Positions 42,901-48,900 of a stretch of DNA of 64,000 bases are shown here, piece after piece. Location: contig CAYULU010000002.1 in assembly GCA_964445745.1 (NCBI GenBank), forward strand, positions 5,864 through 69,863. Reading direction: 5' to 3'. The position numbers and the translations under genes are program-made. Source of the stretch: an uncultured bacterium (GTDB lineage: Bacteria; Omnitrophota; Omnitrophia; Omnitrophales; Aquincolibacteriaceae). Numbering within the stretch: the stretch's first letter is position 1; each line of letters begins with the position of its first letter. Under the pieces are notes generated by a model. The model did not search any database. It worked only from the letters and a program-made list of their open reading frames with translations, and was not told where the DNA came from.

Positions 42901-45900
42901 TTTAGCTTCCTCAAATAACTCCAGAAGCAAAGGGTCTGAACCTCCGGAATAGGCCTTACCATTAACAGATAGAATCATCTCCAGTAACTGTCCGGTACGT
43001 TTCAGTTTTCCTTGCTCGTATGCTTGCCGGGCCGGCCTTAAGAGAAATTCATCTAACCGCTGAATTAAATCAGGGGCCGTCATCACCTTGGCAGAAAGTG
43101 GAAAACCGATTTCCTCAATTTGGCGGCAAAGGTCACTGAGAAACTTTCGAGCAAGGCTTGGAAGACATTCGCGAATCTTGTCCTGTTTGCCGCTATCAGA
43201 GATCCTGGGATCCAGCACTACCGTTAAAAGAGATCTTATGCTTTCATCCTCGGGATACCGGCCAGGGATCTTGTAGGATTCCAGTAGCATTTTCACTCGA
43301 TTTAAAATTTCCGGGAAGTCCGGATCTTGCGAAATCTGAAATGTATCAGACTCCACCTGGGGACCTTCCTGATTTTCAGCCTGAAGAACACCCTCCGGAG
43401 GATCGTTAAGGGATGAACGAATTTCCGAGCGAGGCTCAAAAAGCACGTCGGTGCCTTGCCGACCAAACCTCATTCCTTTTAGTTGAATGCCTTCAACAAG
43501 CACTTGAGAAATCGCCTCGTCCCGGCGAGGCGCCATGCCCGCCGGCAGGTCCATATAATCCCTAACCTTAGCCAAATACTTTTCTGAAATACTGATATGG
43601 AAAGCAATCGGCTGAATTTCAGATTCAAAAACAGCTCGTAAGAAAGACTGAATTCTCTCTTCTACCTCTTTTAGCGAGACGGTGCGCTCATCCGAAGAAC
43701 CGAGAAAATCAAGATCCAGCGTGATAATCGCAGGCCCGGACAAATGCCCTTTAAGTTGATCGGCCCCGTCCTTAAAAATATTTTCTTTGAGACTTCCGTA
43801 CCCGTGTTTCAATTCATCCGGCCACATCCCCCGCAAGGTCGGTTCATAAGCCTTCCCCCGTACCCAAACCATACGCCCCTTACTGATCACGCTCCCAGTT
43901 TTACGTTCCGGTTCGCGAATCCAGTAAACCCAACTCCCTTCGTGCAAATTCTCGTAAACAGTATCCGGGTGAGCATCAAAATTCACGAGCGTCGTTTCCG
44001 GGGTGGCAATACCTTGTTTCTGAAGCGACTTGATCCACTCAATAATTTCATGATGTTTTTGAGTCACAGAGACGGGTATTTTGCGGCCATCGGTTAATCG
44101 AAGTTCCTCCATCGAACGAAATCGTTCCATGGGAAAGAAACTTTTTCCCATTTTCGGGAAATCAGACCGAAGCTCGGAACGGGGCGACAAACCTCCGCTC
44201 GTAATGGCCTTTTGGACAAGAGTGAGGGTTGCTTGAATCTCTTCCATCGTCAGCTTGACCCGTGCGGGTTCGTTCTTTCGAAGGACCGAGAGATCATGGT
44301 CCAGATCCCCCAGTTCATCGATTTTCCCGCGAGCAGACTCTGCCACAAAAACATCCGGGTGAAGGACCCGAAGAATTTGCGGATCGGAAGCCCAAAGAAT
44401 CGCGTATGAAATATTTTTAAACCCAAGCCTCTTAAAAATCATTTTTAACATTCCTGTCTTGAAGCCGGTCGACATTAAAGTGTCAATGAAAACAAGTTTC
44501 CCCTCTTTGAAATCAATGAGTTGTTTTCTTCCGTCCGGAGACTTTTTTCCATCGATAAGCTCTTTCGCCCGATTCAAAAACTTACTTTGCTCCTCCGGCG
44601 TGTCCGTACCAAAAGCGTGTACAGCCGCCCAATCGCGATAAAGCCTGCTATTTTCCTGTCCATCAAAAACAAACTGCAAAGGAAATGGCTCGTCCGGGTA
44701 AAGGGTTTGCCAAGCCGTCGTTACAAGTCGAAGGGGGATCTCCGCGCTGTCGCCGGACGCAAGCACCGCATGGAAATCGTTATCGTGAAGATACCGGGTA
44801 AGTCGGAGAGAAGCATCGGCAAGCGATGCGATAAACTCGCCCTTGTCTCGAAGTTCTTGTTGCGTGCGAACTTCAGAGCGTGAATCACGGGCCCCATCCG
44901 AAGAAATCCAAACTGGCTTAAGTTTTCTTTCTTCAAAGTTAACTGAGAATCCTCCCAATTCCTGTCCCGACATCACCGCGTGGTTAAAATTGTGTGGGGT
45001 TGTTTCAATTTCAACCAAATGGCCGTTCACATTGGTGTAGTAAGTCTCGGCAAACGACGGGGTTCCGTCTAAACGTCCTCCTTTGAGAGCAAGAATCCCT
45101 CCCATTTCAGTCAACTTCCCGTGCTCATCAGCCTTCCCCTCTTTAAGCGATTTGGCCAGTTTTTCAAGAAAAGGAAGCTTCTCCGCCTGCGGAATATGCT
45201 GAATGACATTAAACACGGTCATCAGCCGAACATCCCGCACTCCCGCACTCCAGGGATTGTCTGTCACGACAAGCTTCACACCCGCCTTTTCAAGCATGTT
45301 ACGAACAGGATCCAGCTCCACGGAAATACCATCAAAGGTCCCGCTCACTCCTTGCGACAGAGCGTAACGGATTTTCTCAGGACCCAAAAATTCGATCATC
45401 TCTTTAAGCAAATCTCCCTGCCGTCCCTTATAGAACCGCTCTAAACTCAAATAAGGGATTTCTTGGCTGATCGCTACATCTCTGTAATGGGTTCCATTTT
45501 CCGAATCAAAACTCGCAAACGCGCCTGTCACTTCTTTTTTGCCATTAATCGTCAACGTGATAGCTTTGAGATCCCACCTGCGAAGAGACTCTTCCATAGG
45601 CCTTTCACTCAATCGAAACCTAAATTTATCCACGAACTTTTCCGCCGTAAGCCCTTCCGCCGTAATATGCGCGTAAGGAACCGCTTCGGGAATCTCGATC
45701 CCAATCATTTCGATCCTCCCGGTACTGATCGCCCCGGAGATTTCTTTCTGAAATCTTTCAGCCATTTCAACCGTCGTCACAGGTAACGCACCGACCCCGA
45801 CATCCACAACCCTGTGCTCCCCTTGCGAAAAATCAAGCCCGAGAACCTTTGGGAAAAATAAGTACCTAAACAATTGGTTTAAAAAATACCAGTGACGAGC

Positions 45901-48900
45901 CCTGCTTGTGTTTTTAGGCGTAACAGCTCTGATTTCCGCAAGGGCCGGGAGCTGGGGCGTTTTCTGAGATCTGTCGGGGGCTTCCGGGAGCAAGGCTTCT
46001 TTCAAGATCGCCGCCTCGTAAACTTTACGAAAAGCGTCAAAAAAACTCAGCTCCTGTCCGGACACGCGAACTTTCTTTTCAGGATTTTTTTCGAGAAAAA
46101 GGCTGTCAAACCGGTCAAAAACAGACGCGCCTGGACGGACTGCTGCTCCTCTGGCTACATTCAAAATGACCAGGGCCGTTCCGTTTTTGTCTAGGGTCGT
46201 CTTGATCGCCTGGAAGGATCCGGGACTTTCCTCAAACACAATCGCCGTACCTTTTTCACCTGCTTTCACAATTTCCTGGGCCCCTGACAACGAGCGACTG
46301 CTGTGATCGATCATAAGGACAGGCGCCTTAAGTTTTTCCCCCAATAGCTTAATGTCTTTGACGAGCCACAACACCAACGAAGAATCCCATTCCTCCTCCG
46401 GAGATCCGTCGTAGGAGGACCCTTCAGAAGGAAAACTGGAAGGGACTTTGTCTTTGATCAATAAATACCGACTGGCTGTAATCTCCCCCGGGATCGGATT
46501 GGGACTATAAGCCAAATGGCGATATTGTTCTTTCGTCAGTTCGAGGATCCCGAAGCTCTTCTTTATTTCCGGCCCGAGATAAGGATATAACTCACCCAGC
46601 CGCATATTTTGCCAAATAACCAACGGCACATTTTCTTTCCCGTTACGGTCCATCCACCCACGAAGTTGCATCATCTTTTCAAATGCAAAACGAGCCGCCG
46701 GCAATTCAGATTCCAAAGTATCTTTGACCGAGATAGTCTTTCCATTTTGTTCGCCAATATTGATTGTCTCAAAATCTGGCCACTCCCGATCCAGAAAAGC
46801 GACTACATCCTGAAGCTCACGGCCCTGGATCCTGTGCGTAGTCAAAGCAGGAGCACCCTCCTCCATTTCCCCGAGCTGGTTTCTCGTTTCTGAGCGGTTG
46901 GGGGCAATTCCCAAAACAAAGTCGAAGCGGCCAATCTTTTCGCCGCTTCGATAGTAGGCTTTCGCGGCATCAAAATGGATCCAGCCGCCGACATTGTCAT
47001 CATTGACATCCTGTGATTCAGTGACCCACCCTTGCGGAGTAAATTGCGAAGGATCCATGGACTCAGCCAACCGGATATAAGTCGTGGGATTATTACGCCC
47101 GCTCACGGGGTTCTTGTTTTTGAGATAAAAAGTTCTCGCCGGACCGAGGGGCCTCGGTTCGGAGAAAATAAACTGGTTTTTATTTTCCAGTTTTGTTTCG
47201 ATCCTCTCGCCCGTCTCGTCCTCGTACTCAGCCGTATCTGCATCATGCACGGAGCCAACATTCATGGAACTAAACATGGAACTAAACTGCGCGAACCTGA
47301 ATCCATCATGATTTCTGAGCCGTTCCTGGTCCAGGGTAAAATCTTTTTTAGCCTTCATCGTAAACGAAACCTTCATAAGAGCTTCCCCCCGGGGGGCTGT
47401 TGAAAAAACAACTTCAAAATCATCCGCCACAAAATTTCCATTTTGATCTTCAAAAACCCCTTTCAGGCGAAGTTCACCTTTTTCATCAAGATCAAAACTG
47501 GCGTGAGTAATCCTGGGATTGTGAAAATAACGCCCCTGGCTCCAGTAGCCCGGCAGGACAAAACTTGTACCCCAATCCATCCCGGGGAGCGTCCCTCTCA
47601 GAAATCCATTGCCTTTGACCGAAAAAATCTGGTGCCGACCATTTACAATTTTAATTTCGGAATGCAACCCGGCCGAAGTGCGGATCTTTTCCGAAGCCGG
47701 TCCGGTATCCCGGGTGCCAAGCACGTTCCAGCTACCTTGACGAAAAATCGTCCTCTCGATCGAGGGTTGAGCGCCCCCTACATGAGCCATTGAGAACAAA
47801 CCTACCGCAAAAAATAGTAGCCCCATCTTGAGCAAACTGTGCCGGCTCATTTGAAAAAGTGAATTTCGTTTTTTACCGTCAGCTTCGCCTCGAACTTCAG
47901 ACCGTCGATCAACCTTTTCCAATGTCCTCGTCGGCTTCACAACCTCTTGAATGCTTTCGAGCGCCGGACTTATCTCCCTTGCAATGCTCCCTGGGTCCGT
48001 TGAATCCAAATGCCGCTCCCATGTTTCAGGATGATTGGGATAGCGAATCGCGGCCTCATAAACAGCACGGATTTCGGCGCGAGCAACCTGGGGATCCAAA
48101 TTCAAAAGAGTCGGTTGGCTAGCGGCAGTGCGAAGTAGAAATGGAAGTTCAAATTTATGAAAACCATCGGTCATGAGCTGCTTGTAATAGGCTTCATGGC
48201 GAGGGCTGGGTTGGGTAATCCTGGGACTAACCACAACATAGGAAATACCTTTTGCCTCAAGAATGCGTTTGATGTTTTCCTTATGGAACCCGCCATACAC
48301 CAAAATTGCCGGTTTCACGCCGGACAATTTTGAGTACTGAGTACTCTGGTCAGCTGGAAAATATTTGCCGAGTGCGGTGGATAGTGCATTATCTCGCTGA
48401 AGTGCGATCTCGTAAAATTTGACCGCGTCCTGAATATTCCGCTCCCATTGTTTTGACAAGACAAGCGGTTTTTTTGTTTGCGAATGGATGAATTCCGCAA
48501 GGCATTGGGTGCTCACCTCGAGATGGTACGGAGCCTCCCTAAACGGAGTGTCGTGCCGGACGCCGGACGCCGGAGGCTGTACCAAAAGCGCCGCGTACTC
48601 CTCCTGAGTCACTTCAAGACTGTTGAGACGTTTCAAAAGCTGAAGAGTTTTGTAATGATCATAAAGCTGAAGATCAGCGTTCAGATCCATCATTCTGCTC
48701 CGCGCCTCAAAAGGACGGGTTCCGCCTTCCCCATCCGCCAGATAAGTTTCCGCTATCATCTGCTCCAGCTTCAAGAGTTCAGCAAACACCTCCCGGGCAT
48801 CAATATGCTTGGCCTTCTCCAAAACGACAGGGTTATTTGAACGGACAGCTTCCAAAATAAACCGAAGCAAAGGGGTCGCCGCATCGGGGGTAAACGGCAA

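Noticed and set aside
38284-47904. The RSExR junctions as a DNA-level repeat (REP-like element, recombination scar or assembly artefact)
   Set aside because: The ten 15-nt segments use different synonymous codons at almost every position, including both Ser codon families and both Arg families, and the flanking nucleotides are unrelated. The conservation is at the peptide level only.
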